A DNA stretch of 64,000 nt from Candidatus Omnitrophota bacterium (GCA_029564765.1 JAKQPK010000075.1:4603-68602), one strand, 5' to 3'. Shown: positions 20,460 through 29,623, counted from the first letter of the stretch. Notes: generated by a model not told the origin, from the sequence alone. Translations and numbers: made by a program.

Positions 20460-20852
20460 GTGATTGAAAAAAGAAAATTGAAAACATATAAAGATCTTAT
20501 TGCTTGGCAGAAGTCTTACAGTTTGTGCTTAGAAATATATCGGGCAACGAAGATATTCCCGCAATCTGAACAATATGGCCTGACCGCACAAATGAAGCGA
20601 AGCGCCCTTTCCGTTCCGTCAAATATTGCTGAAGGGTATGTGCGGCACGGAACGCGAGACTATATTCGTTTTCTTTATATCGCTTACGCTTCGCTTGCAG
20701 AACTAGAAACACAATTGCTTCTTGCAAAAGATTTGGGATATATTAAATCTGATGACTTTAAGCAGATCATTGGTCTGCAAAACGAGGTTCAGAGGGTTAT
20801 GCGCGGGCTAATCGAGTCGCTTAAATCAAGATCTTCACAAAATGCCCTGTAA
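20460..20852 (+). CDS. Four-helix-bundle protein (23S rRNA intervening-sequence protein family)
   Basis: 'YKDLIAWQKSYSLCLEIYRATKIFPQSEQYGLTAQMKRSALSVPSNIAEGY' is the canonical family signature. Flanked by the 11-bp IR 'agggataaagg'/'cctttatccct'. Confidence 0.85.
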   Translation: MIEKRKLKTYKDLIAWQKSYSLCLEIYRATKIFPQSEQYGLTAQMKRSALSVPSNIAEGYVRHGTRDYIRFLYIAYASLAELETQLLLAKDLGYIKSDDFKQIIGLQNEVQRVMRGLIESLKSRSSQNAL

Positions 20853-20899
20853 TCCTATGATCCTTTATCCCTGTAATCCTATTAATATAAGGACTGCCT

Positions 20900-21259
20900 A
20901 TGCCAAAACTACTTATTGTTGATGATGAAACGGATATCACGGAGTTCGCGAAGCATTTCTTCGAGAAGCGGGGGATCGAGGTAATTACAGCTTCAGGAGG
21001 TCAGGAAGCACTGGATCTGATAAGCTTAAGCAATCCTGATCTCACGCTTTTGGATGTGCGCATGGGAGAGGTTACAGGTGTTGATGTCTTGCGTAAACTT
21101 CGCGAATCAGGTAATATGATGAAAGTTGTCATGGTAACTGGCGTAGAGGATCCCGCTATTATTAAGCAAGCACAAGATCTGGGCATAAGCGGTTTTATAC
21201 ATAAACCCTTAGCCTTGGATGAATTAGAGCGGGTTGTGATGAAGGAATTAGAAGGATAA
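20900..21259 (+). CDS. Stand-alone response-regulator receiver (CheY-like)
   Basis: 'LLIVDDE...D', 'LLDVRMGEVTGVDVL', 'VVMVTG'. 119 aa. Confidence 0.85.
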   Translation: MPKLLIVDDETDITEFAKHFFEKRGIEVITASGGQEALDLISLSNPDLTLLDVRMGEVTGVDVLRKLRESGNMMKVVMVTGVEDPAIIKQAQDLGISGFIHKPLALDELERVVMKELEG

Positions 21260-21333
21260 AAAGTATTTAGTCGATAGTCGTTAGTATTTAGCGCGCTGAC
21301 ACCAGATACTATATACCAACAACTGACACAGCT

Positions 21334-22539
21334 ATGTCACTCAATTACAAAAAAGAACTCGAACGTGCAAGCCGTGTTATGATCCGGATCCATGATCCGA
21401 GCATCTTGATACGTTTGATCATTCGCTTGATCGTGCGCAAGGTTGACGTTAAGCACGCTGGCGTTTTGTTGTTTGACGCTAACCGCGATTGCTACGTTCT
21501 TACTCTCTCAGGCGGGGAGAGCGGGACCCGTATCCCGCAGGGGTTCGCGAAATTTGTTAAAGAAAACCCATTGATCAAATTCTTCGTTGATAAAGAATAT
21601 CAATCGCTTATAAGGCGCCATGGGGCTTTGACCATCGAAGAACTTAACCGCATGATCTGGAGCGAAAATGTCTTGCCGCAGAATGAACAGCATAAAGATT
21701 TCTTGCACAAGATCGCTCAGCAGATGGAGATGTTCAATGTAGCGGTCTGTATCCCAGCGTATTTTCGTGAGCATCTTGTAGCGCTTTTGCTTCTTGGCGA
21801 AAAGACAAACGGACATGTTTATCAGCAGGAAGAGTTTGATTTTCTAGCGGCGCTGTCTTCGGATGTTGCCATGGCCATTCAGAACGCGCGGCTTATTGAG
21901 GATTTGCGCAAAGAAGTTGAGAAGAATAAAGCGCTTTTTATCAACACCGCTCTTTCACTTGCTTCGGCCATAGAGGCTAAAGACCGTTACACACGTGGCC
22001 ATACAGAGCGTGTTACAAAATACGCGTTAGCGATTGCCGATGAGCTTGTACACAACCGCGCCTTTCCTCTTTCGAAAAATTTCTCTGAGGATCTGTACAT
22101 TGCGTCTTTGTTGCATGATGTAGGGAAAATAGGCGTTCCTGAGAGCATCTTGAGCAAAGAAACAGGCCTTACGGACCAGGAATTCCAGCAGATACGTCTA
22201 CATCCGCTAAGAGGAGCCGATATTTTAAAAGCTATTCCGGAATTTGAAGAGTGCCTTAAGGGTGTTAAATATCACCACGAGCGCTATGATGGCCGAGGCT
22301 ATCCGGAGGGCTTAAAAGGCGAAGAGATCCCGCTCGTTGCTGCCATTGTCGCTGTCGCGGATAGCTATGACGCGATGACCTCTGATCGAACTTACCGCAA
22401 AGCCATGTCCAAGGACGCTGCTATAAGCGAGATCGAGAAAAATATAGGTATTCAATTTCATCCGGTGGTGGCAAAGGCGTTTTTGGAGGTGTTGAGGAAA
22501 AGCGAAAAAGAGTTAATAAAAGTTACAAATGGTTACTAG
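21334..22539 (+). CDS. HD-GYP domain phosphodiesterase with N-terminal GAF-like region
   Basis: 'HTERVTKYALAIADEL', 'HDVGKIGVPESIL', 'HHERYDGRGYPEGLKGEEIP'. Confidence 0.85.
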   Translation: MSLNYKKELERASRVMIRIHDPSILIRLIIRLIVRKVDVKHAGVLLFDANRDCYVLTLSGGESGTRIPQGFAKFVKENPLIKFFVDKEYQSLIRRHGALTIEELNRMIWSENVLPQNEQHKDFLHKIAQQMEMFNVAVCIPAYFREHLVALLLLGEKTNGHVYQQEEFDFLAALSSDVAMAIQNARLIEDLRKEVEKNKALFINTALSLASAIEAKDRYTRGHTERVTKYALAIADELVHNRAFPLSKNFSEDLYIASLLHDVGKIGVPESILSKETGLTDQEFQQIRLHPLRGADILKAIPEFEECLKGVKYHHERYDGRGYPEGLKGEEIPLVAAIVAVADSYDAMTSDRTYRKAMSKDAAISEIEKNIGIQFHPVVAKAFLEVLRKSEKELIKVTNGY

Positions 22540-22661
22540 GGGTTACGCTTAAAGCGCGTCTTCCATCTTCCTTCACGGTCTAATTTATATAATGCGTCAA
22601 TAAACCTGTCCATTTGAAAGCATGCGGTTTTGATGAGCGTTGTTATTTTCTTATGGTCTTC

Positions 22662-22934
22662 TTACGGGATCAGGTTATCTTCAAGGCAATCATCCATATC
22701 GCCTCCTAGTTCTTCCAGCGAACCTCTGCTGATTTTGATGGAATGTGCGAATTCACCAACGCTATCTTTTGCATAGCCCTCGCGGATATTCTGCTTTGCG
22801 CTTCTGGCCGCATCGCATATTTGACTTACCAGTCGCAGTCGCGACTTTTGGAAGGCCCCTGTCATTTTATTGATAAGACGCCTGATCTCGCAAACATTCT
22901 TGTAAAATTCCAGATTTTCGTAGGCTCGACCCAT
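22662..22934 (-). CDS. Four-helix-bundle protein (IVS-protein family), short member. The start is uncertain because the ORF extends to 23018 and overlaps the kinase gene's end
   Basis: 'NIREGYAKDSVGEFAHSIKISRGSLEELGGDMD' family-type C-terminal half. Confidence 0.6.
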   Translation of the reverse strand: MGRAYENLEFYKNVCEIRRLINKMTGAFQKSRLRLVSQICDAARSAKQNIREGYAKDSVGEFAHSIKISRGSLEELGGDMDDCLEDNLIP

Positions 22935-22983
22935 AAGGCAACCTTTAGTAACCAATAGTAACTTATCATAACCTTTTAGTAAC

Positions 22984-24600
22984 TCATCTTTTCTTCTTCT
23001 TTCCCGGCAATTCCACAATAAACTTTGTCCCTACTCCCGGCTTGCTTTCCACTAAAATCTTCCCACCATGATCTTTGATGATGCGTTGGGTGATTGAAAG
23101 ACCCAGACCGACACCATGGTCTTTTTTGGTGTAGAAGGGGTCAAAGACGTTTTTTAGGTCTTTTTTAGCGATCCCTGTTCCTGTGTCTTCGATAGATAAC
23201 CGCACATGATCGTTAACTCTATCTACGCTCACTGATAATCTGCCGCCTCTATTCATCGCGTCGATCGCGTTAATAAATATATTCAAGAACGCTTGGCGTA
23301 ATCGGTTTGCATCGGCCGTAAGGCGTATGTTCGCAGAGGGGCTGTAGTTTTGATCGACCGTGATGCTGTGCTTGATAAATTTGCTGCTTAGAAATGCCAG
23401 GGTGTTATCAATGAGGCTTGCCAGATCAACCTCTTTAAGCTGAAGAGGGGATGGCTTAGCAAATTCAAGCAGTTCATGCACCAGGTTATCAATACGTTCC
23501 ACTTCGTGTCCGACAATGCGGGAGAAATTACTCAAGAATTCCTTATCATTCATTTTGCGCGGGAGATATTCTGCAAAGGTTTTGATCGCAGTAAGAGGAT
23601 TTTTGATCTCATGAGCGATGCCGCTTGCAAGAATGCTTATGGATTTTAGCTTTTCAGTCTGCTCGACCTCTTGTTTAAGTCGTTCATTCTCTTTCATGAT
23701 CTCTTCGTGCGTGCCGTGGAAGAATATTCTGTCTATTATTAGATTAATGAAGTTTCGCAGGGGAAAAAATATGATTCCGATAACAAATGATATAGAAACG
23801 CTAAGAATTAAAGATTTGTATCCAACGATCCCCTTGAGAAAGTTTTCGAACAGGATGATGGCAAGAAAGTAGAGAAATGAAATTATAGTTATTAAGACCG
23901 AGTAGACAATACTCTTCTTAATTACAATATTTATATCGAGGAAATGATATTTAAATATGATGTGAGTTATTATAAAAGGTGGTACTAAAATTGCAAAATT
24001 TCCATATGGGTAAATATTTATTCCATACCCCGGTAGAAAATCAAGAGTTCCTCCAGCGAAACCAATGCACGATAGAATCAATCCGAGAATCTGGCTTTTT
24101 TGTTCAACATAAACATTTTTCCAGTATTTGATTAGCAAAAAGTATCCAGCCGAGACAACAGTGAGCCAAGTGATAAACGATAAAGTGTAGTAAGCGCTCC
24201 CTTGATGATAATAGAAAGAATTAAACATAAATTTTGTTGTTGGAAACATTTTATTGTTAACTATGGTGTAGAGAAAATAAAAAGCTTGTCCGTAAATTGC
24301 TATTAGGAGAATTTTTCTTTCTTTTTTAATGAGAATTAAGACTGAATGAAGAAAGAAGACTGCAATAAAGAGTGCTGACGGATAAGCAATTTTCCATATT
24401 GTGAAGGAAAAATTCTGGCTTGTATTAATCCCAATAAAAAAGGATCCAATGCCCCACATGGCGATTGAAAGAATGTGGAAGGAGTAGACAATCGAAAGCT
24501 TTGATTTATTATTGATTAAGATTAGGATGAAAAGAGGAAAATATGCAAACGCAATCAATAATCCTGATATCGCAAAAGGATTTAAGCGGGAAAGGTCCAT
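22984..24600 (-). CDS. Sensor histidine kinase with a 7TM-type N-terminal membrane sensor
   Basis: About seven TM helices, coiled coil, H-box 'SGIAHEIKNPLTAI', 'GVGLGLSITQRII'. N-terminal domain architecture resembles that of the kinase at 18242. Confidence 0.8.
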   Translation of the reverse strand: MDLSRLNPFAISGLLIAFAYFPLFILILINNKSKLSIVYSFHILSIAMWGIGSFFIGINTSQNFSFTIWKIAYPSALFIAVFFLHSVLILIKKERKILLIAIYGQAFYFLYTIVNNKMFPTTKFMFNSFYYHQGSAYYTLSFITWLTVVSAGYFLLIKYWKNVYVEQKSQILGLILSCIGFAGGTLDFLPGYGINIYPYGNFAILVPPFIITHIIFKYHFLDINIVIKKSIVYSVLITIISFLYFLAIILFENFLKGIVGYKSLILSVSISFVIGIIFFPLRNFINLIIDRIFFHGTHEEIMKENERLKQEVEQTEKLKSISILASGIAHEIKNPLTAIKTFAEYLPRKMNDKEFLSNFSRIVGHEVERIDNLVHELLEFAKPSPLQLKEVDLASLIDNTLAFLSSKFIKHSITVDQNYSPSANIRLTADANRLRQAFLNIFINAIDAMNRGGRLSVSVDRVNDHVRLSIEDTGTGIAKKDLKNVFDPFYTKKDHGVGLGLSITQRIIKDHGGKILVESKPGVGTKFIVELPGKKKKR

Positions 24601-24722
24601 TCTTTATGCCTTTAGGTGAATTTTTTTACGGCTTTCAATATCTCATCCGACTTCAACGGTTTTACGATGTATCCACAAGCCCCAAGCTTCGCTACCTCAG
24701 CAGGGCAAAAAATTATTTCGTT

Positions 24723-24968
24723 TCAGGCTTGAGCGACTTTATGCAATATTTCAGAAATGAAAGTCTGGTATTTTATACCGAGCTTTTCCGCTTTTTGTTT
24801 GAGCGTTTTTATATCGTTACTGTTGACGCGAATATTGAGAACTGCGTCTTTTTTGCGCGATTCGATCGCTTGGACGATATCTTTGTGTTCATCCGCGCTG
24901 ACAGGGGTGAACTGCTCAATAGTTTCTTCGATCAGTTTTTCTTCGTGAGTTAACTTTAGTTTTTTCAT
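24723..24968 (-). CDS. brnA: BrnA-like (CopG/RHH-type) antitoxin
   Basis: 81 aa, 'DEHKDIVQAIE...KDAVLNIRVNSNDIKTLKQKAEKLGIKYQTFISEIL'. Its start overlaps the upstream toxin gene by 4 nt. Confidence 0.65.
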   Translation of the reverse strand: MKKLKLTHEEKLIEETIEQFTPVSADEHKDIVQAIESRKKDAVLNIRVNSNDIKTLKQKAEKLGIKYQTFISEILHKVAQA

Positions 24969-25225
24969 AGCTTTTTCCTTTGCCGATAAAATTTTGTTAG
25001 CTTACGGCTTGGATATATTGTTTTTAGGAAGATCTGGCTTCCGTCGTACACAAAAGGGACTGCCCAAAGATAGTTTTTGTGCTCAAAGATCATGATCTGC
25101 TGATGGCTTTTTTCAGGGTGGCGACATATATCCACCAAACGGGTATTGATGATCTCTTCAAAGGATACCCCGCGTGCACGCTTCAGCCGTTGGCTTTTAA
25201 CAGGATTCCAGGTGATCTGTTTCAT
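24965..25225 (-). CDS. brnT: BrnT-like (DUF497) ribonuclease toxin
   Basis: 'ITWNPVKSQRLKRARGVSFEEI' matches the BrnT N-terminal signature. 86 aa. Confidence 0.65.
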   Translation of the reverse strand: MKQITWNPVKSQRLKRARGVSFEEIINTRLVDICRHPEKSHQQIMIFEHKNYLWAVPFVYDGSQIFLKTIYPSRKLTKFYRQRKKL

Positions 25226-25278
25226 CGTTTCGCATGTATATACAATTGTAATACACTAATATCGTATTGTCAAAGAAA

Positions 25279-25638
25279 CTATTTAAGTACGGATTTTACC
25301 TTTTTCAATATTTCATCCGATTTGAACGGCTTGACGATATACCCGCAGGCGCCAAGCTTGACGGCCTCGGCGGCTGTTTCCACGCATTTGTATCCCGTAA
25401 TCATAACGACGGGTAGGGTGGGATATACTTTCTTGATCTCAGCCAAGACCTCTAGCCCGTTCATTTCTGGCATTTTGATATCCATCAGGATAAGCCCGAT
25501 ATCCGGGGCGTTCTTTAGGCAGTCAAGCGCCTGGGCCCCGTCTTCAGTCAATATCAAATTGTAATGGTCGCCTAGAATAAGCTTGAGTGATTCACGCACG
25601 CCGAGTTCATCATCGACAACTAGGATCTTTTTAGACAT
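25279..25638 (-). CDS. Stand-alone response-regulator receiver
   Basis: 'ILVVDDE', 'ILMDIKMPEMNGLEVL', 'VVMITGY', 'GACGYIVKPF'. Confidence 0.85.
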   Translation of the reverse strand: MSKKILVVDDELGVRESLKLILGDHYNLILTEDGAQALDCLKNAPDIGLILMDIKMPEMNGLEVLAEIKKVYPTLPVVMITGYKCVETAAEAVKLGACGYIVKPFKSDEILKKVKSVLK

Positions 25639-25717
25639 AAGGCCTCCGTATTTAGTATCTAGTTGCTAGTATTTAGTCGTTAGTGTTAAGTAGTTAGTTG
25701 TTAGGCTAAAAATCATA

Positions 25718-26086
25718 TTAATCAACAAGGTTAAGTTTTTTGATAAGGTTACGAATCATCTTAGATTCAAACTGAATTTTCTCAATCAAGCGAGTTTTAA
25801 ACTGGTTTTCGATATATTTTAAGTCATAACAAATTTCAAGTTGCGTTTCAAGCTCGGAGCAGGACCCAAGCGCGTGAAAAAGGAATTGTCGATATTCTTT
25901 ATTATGATAACGGCTAAATCCTTCTGCAATATTTGAAGGTATTGAGATTGCGGATCTGCGCATTTGAGAAACAAGAGAAAAGAGTTCTTCTTTTGGAAAT
26001 ATTTTTGTTCTTTCGTATATTTCTAAGACAATATCCTTCCCCAGGCTCCAGATTTTTAGTTCCCTAAAGCTTTTTATCTTATCCAT
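25718..26086 (-). CDS. Four-helix-bundle protein (IVS-protein family)
   Basis: 'IKSFRELKIWSLGKDIVLEIYERTKIFPKEELFSLVSQMRRSAISIPSNIAEGFSR'. Flanked by the perfect 15-bp IR 'gtatttagtatctag'/'ctagatactaaatac'. Confidence 0.85.
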   Translation of the reverse strand: MDKIKSFRELKIWSLGKDIVLEIYERTKIFPKEELFSLVSQMRRSAISIPSNIAEGFSRYHNKEYRQFLFHALGSCSELETQLEICYDLKYIENQFKTRLIEKIQFESKMIRNLIKKLNLVD

Positions 26087-26135
26087 TTTTTCCTCTATCG
26101 ACTAAATGCTAGATACTAAATACGTTTTCTTATTG

Positions 26136-26690
26136 TCATAACCCCACCGGTGTCGCGACGCAGATCAATTTTGTTGTTGTTTTTCCTTTATTCGTAAAGA
26201 TATGGGGCAGGGAAGAATCGAAATAAAGCGTGTTACCCTCAGTAAGGTCATAGGATGTTTCGCTGATCCTTACCGACACCTGTCCCTGGAGAACGAAAAT
26301 AAATTTTTCTGAACCGACCGCGTTTTGCTCTTTATTGGTCGCCCCGCCTGGCTCAATCTTAAGAAGTGTTGGCATCATTTTTTTGCTGAGGACCTTGCTG
26401 GTTAGGATCTCATAGGATGACTTATCGCTATAATTAAAGATATCCGCTTGCGCATCTTTCTTCTGAACCTCGACACGGCTCTCTGACGCTTGGACTGCGA
26501 CATCCTTGTAGAGCTCTGTTAAGTCCACTTCCAGTGCTTTGGCGATCTGCATATGGGATTCCAGGGTTCCAGTCATTTTCTGGTTTTCCATGCGGCTTAA
26601 GGTCGCGATCTGAACGCCACTCTTTTCCGAGAGCTCAGTTAAGGATATTTTCTTTGTCTTGCGAAGCTCCTGCATTCTTTTGCCGATCAA
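26136..26690 (-). CDS. XRE-family HTH transcriptional regulator with C-terminal cupin domain
   Basis: 'IGKRMQELRKTKKISLTELSEKSGVQIATLSRMEN' HTH, followed by a cupin-like C-terminus. Confidence 0.8.
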   Translation of the reverse strand: MIGKRMQELRKTKKISLTELSEKSGVQIATLSRMENQKMTGTLESHMQIAKALEVDLTELYKDVAVQASESRVEVQKKDAQADIFNYSDKSSYEILTSKVLSKKMMPTLLKIEPGGATNKEQNAVGSEKFIFVLQGQVSVRISETSYDLTEGNTLYFDSSLPHIFTNKGKTTTKLICVATPVGL

Positions 26691-26847
26691 GGTATACCTG
26701 CCTTCCTATATATAGGGTGTTTTAAGCACCCAGTTATTCAATAGATAATTAATTACATTAATCATAACATATATTGATGAATAGTCAATATTATATTAAT
26801 TTATTTTCAAATAAAATGATACATTTTGACTGATAATCAAAATTATA

Positions 26848-26876
26848 TTGACAAATCATCAAAGTAATGCTATATT
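26848..26876 (+). promoter_or_regulatory. Sigma70-like promoter (TTGACA-17-TATATT) in the divergent AT-rich region between the XRE-cupin regulator gene and the downstream operon
   Basis: 'ttgacaaatcatcaaagtaatgctatatt'. Nearby direct repeats 'caatattatattaa'/'caaaattatattga' look like operators. Confidence 0.5.
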
Positions 26877-26916
26877 CTGCACTACATCATCCAGGAATTA
26901 AGAAAGAACTTCGCTT

Positions 26917-27156
26917 ATGAACAACTCAAAGAACATTTTCTTTCGCACACAAAATATCGTTGTCATCTACACCGCGCTTCGGATCTTGTTGGCGATGCAA
27001 AAACAGCTTGGCTTAGAAGCGATGCTGGAGTACCGCGGCCAGTATCTACGCTCTATTGAAAGCAGCAATCCTTTGCTTAAACATGCAGTGACACGCGCAT
27101 TATCATTGATCGATGTTGAGAAAATTTACCGGGAGGCATTTCTGAATGAAGCTTAA
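26917..27156 (+). CDS. Hypothetical small protein (79 aa)
   Basis: ORF downstream of the promoter. It overlaps the next start by 11 nt. No homology recognised. Confidence 0.3.
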   Translation: MNNSKNIFFRTQNIVVIYTALRILLAMQKQLGLEAMLEYRGQYLRSIESSNPLLKHAVTRALSLIDVEKIYREAFLNEA

Positions 27157-28789
27157 AATTATCATTTTTGTTAGCTTTGTCATTGTATTGACGATACTGC
27201 TTTATCAAAGATCCTTTGCCCCAAGACCACATATTCAAGCACCGGCTTACGTTGATCCTGTTGCCGAAGAGGCCTCAGCGCCGCCAGCCGTTTGGAAAAA
27301 GATCAGCCACGGAATAAGCGAGACAGAGGTAACTCGAATTGCCATCGCCCCTGATGACGCGAATGCCTTGTTGGTGAGTACGCCGCGGGCGGTTTACAGA
27401 AGCCACGGCATTTCGGGTTACCTTGCTTCGCTTTACCTGGAAGGAAACAAACGCGCGGTTAACGATATTTATACTGACTTTATCCAGAAAGTAGCTTTTA
27501 TCGCAACGGACAAAGGGCTTTTCCAAAGCCGGGACGCAGGAGTTTCATGGCAAAGGATCTATGCCTGCGAAAGGTCTAGGGAAGAAGAATGCTTATCCGT
27601 TGCCATGTTCGAGACAGAAATTTTCTTAGGAACAACGCGTGGCTTATTTGTTCTTAGCAAGGATGAGTCCCGATGGAAAATTTTCCACAGTGTTTTCCAG
27701 GATAAGCCAATTGTTCATATTGCAAAAGATGGACAACATCTTTACATCAGCACAGATCGTGAGGTTTTTCGTATCGAGCCTTTAGGCGGGGATGTTCGAG
27801 AAATATTTTCTGTCCTCTCGCGTGAAAAAGAAGAGAGCGATGATGAAGAAACAACAGGCCTTGCCAGGTCGATCTATGGCATCGCTGTGGCAAGCTCTCG
27901 AGGCCTTTCCAGGATCTGGATAGCATCATCGCGCGGTATATTTGTTTCAAGCGATTTTGGCAGAAGCTGGCAGAGCATTCCTCGCGATAGTATTCCTATT
28001 GGAGAGATCACGAGTCTGACAGCTTGCCGTGACGATCTTTTTATCTCAAGCAGCAAAGGTGCTTACCGTTTCCACAATGGCCAATGGCAAGATCTTCGCG
28101 CGGGTGCTGAAACGCAAAGGTTTTCTCAGATAATTTGCGATCCTTCTGATCGTATTTATGCCGCGACAGACAGGGGAGTTTTTATGCTGGCCTTTGATCA
28201 ACAGCCGTTAGCGTTAGCGGGGGAAGATGTCCTAGAGATCAGAAAACGTATCGATCAAGAGCCAAGTATACAGTCTGTTCACAGGATGGCGATCGAATAC
28301 GCGGAGGTCCATCCACAAAAAATACAGCAGTGGCGCAGCCAGCTGGTTAAAAGGGCTTTGCTTCCCAAGCTTTCTATCAGCGTTGATGGTGATAAGAATA
28401 AAACAATATCTGACAGCGTTTACGGAAGCTACACGAGCGGTGGACAGTCATATATCGGTCCTGATGATAAAACTTTTTATAATAATTTTGGCTGGGGTGT
28501 GTCCGTGTCATGGGACCTGGGGGATTTGGTATGGAATTCCAGCCAAACATCCATCGATACCCGTTCTAAACTCATGGTAGAGCTTCGGGAAGACATTCTT
28601 AATGAAGTGACCCGGCTTTATTTTGAAAGGCGACGGCTTTTAGTACAAAGCGTACAGCCTGCTGCAGGCGAGAGTTCGCTAGTAGAATTAGAAATGCGCG
28701 TCGATGAATTGACAGCGCTGATCGACGCGCTTACAGGGGGAGGGTTTAGCAGGGAAATAGAAAGGGGAAGCAAAGATGATGGAGCCTAG
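27146..28789 (+). CDS. Membrane-anchored protein with BNR/Asp-box (Ycf48/sortilin-like) repeats and a C-terminal coiled coil
   Basis: N-terminal TM helix. Repeated 'SxDxGxSW' motifs ('SRDAGVSWQRI', 'SSDFGRSWQSI'). Confidence 0.5.
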   Translation: MKLKIIIFVSFVIVLTILLYQRSFAPRPHIQAPAYVDPVAEEASAPPAVWKKISHGISETEVTRIAIAPDDANALLVSTPRAVYRSHGISGYLASLYLEGNKRAVNDIYTDFIQKVAFIATDKGLFQSRDAGVSWQRIYACERSREEECLSVAMFETEIFLGTTRGLFVLSKDESRWKIFHSVFQDKPIVHIAKDGQHLYISTDREVFRIEPLGGDVREIFSVLSREKEESDDEETTGLARSIYGIAVASSRGLSRIWIASSRGIFVSSDFGRSWQSIPRDSIPIGEITSLTACRDDLFISSSKGAYRFHNGQWQDLRAGAETQRFSQIICDPSDRIYAATDRGVFMLAFDQQPLALAGEDVLEIRKRIDQEPSIQSVHRMAIEYAEVHPQKIQQWRSQLVKRALLPKLSISVDGDKNKTISDSVYGSYTSGGQSYIGPDDKTFYNNFGWGVSVSWDLGDLVWNSSQTSIDTRSKLMVELREDILNEVTRLYFERRRLLVQSVQPAAGESSLVELEMRVDELTALIDALTGGGFSREIERGSKDDGA

Positions 28790-28886
28790 GACACAACAAA
28801 AACCTAATGAAAGAATTCAAAATTCAAGATTCAAAAGTCAAAATGAAATAAACAAAGTCAAGAAATATAAGAAAGATCTTAAAGAT

Positions 28887-29222
28887 ATGTCGCATAGTCT
28901 TGCTTTGCAGGCCATTGATCTGATCGATAGCCTTCCGAAAAACATGAGCTGTCAAGTTATTGGTAGGCAGCTGTTGAGGTCGTCGATGAGTGTTGGCGCA
29001 AATATCTCGGAAGCTCGGTCGTCGGGGTCAAGGAAAGATTTCGTTAACTTTTTGACATATTCTTTGAAATCCGCTAATGAAAGCATCTTTTGTATAGGAC
29101 TGCTGAGCGATAGTGGTAAGGTTTCTCATTCTAGCTTACAGGTGTTTCGAGCAGGTTTTGATGAGATCGCGCGTATTTTAGCAGCGAGTATTATTAAGCT
29201 TAAACAAAAGGATAGCGATTAG
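28887..29222 (+). CDS. Four-helix-bundle protein (IVS-protein family)
   Basis: 'IDSLPKNMSCQVIGRQLLRSSMSVGANISEARSSGSRKDFVNFL' family signature. The start is moved to Met-38 of the ORF-track protein, because the upstream part is the IR flank 'aattcaaaattcaagattcaaaagtcaaa'. Confidence 0.7.
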   Translation: MSHSLALQAIDLIDSLPKNMSCQVIGRQLLRSSMSVGANISEARSSGSRKDFVNFLTYSLKSANESIFCIGLLSDSGKVSHSSLQVFRAGFDEIARILAASIIKLKQKDSD

Positions 29223-29332
29223 TTTTTTAGTTTGAGCTTTAATTTTTACATGTTTTATTTTGAATTTTGAGTTTTGAATCTTGAATTACGACATGTTTTC
29301 ACTAACGGTGCCGGGAAAAGGAGGGAAAGCGT

Positions 29333-29623
29333 ATGGTGAAGAAAGTATTGTTGATGGTCGCATGTGTATTGTTCTTAGCTGCCAATACTATGGCATTCGC
29401 TGAGGACGTTTACGTCACGGCCAACGGCACAAAGTATCACAAGGCTGATTGCCGGTTCATTAAAGACAGGGAAACCCAAAAGTTGGATAAAAAAGCTGCT
29501 GTTGAGCAGGGCTATGTGCCATGCCAGCGGTGCAGCAAAGAAGATCTGGCTGAGCAAGCGCCAGGATCTGACAGCGAAAAGGTTTCCAAAAGCAAGAAGC
29601 CTAAAGCAAAGAACGAAGGCTAA
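29333..29623 (+). CDS. Small secreted protein with Ada-like Cys/His metal-binding motif
   Basis: Signal peptide, 'TANGTKYHKADCRF...GYVPCQRC', Lys-rich tail. RBS 'aaaaggaggg'. Confidence 0.5.
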   Translation: MVKKVLLMVACVLFLAANTMAFAEDVYVTANGTKYHKADCRFIKDRETQKLDKKAAVEQGYVPCQRCSKEDLAEQAPGSDSEKVSKSKKPKAKNEG

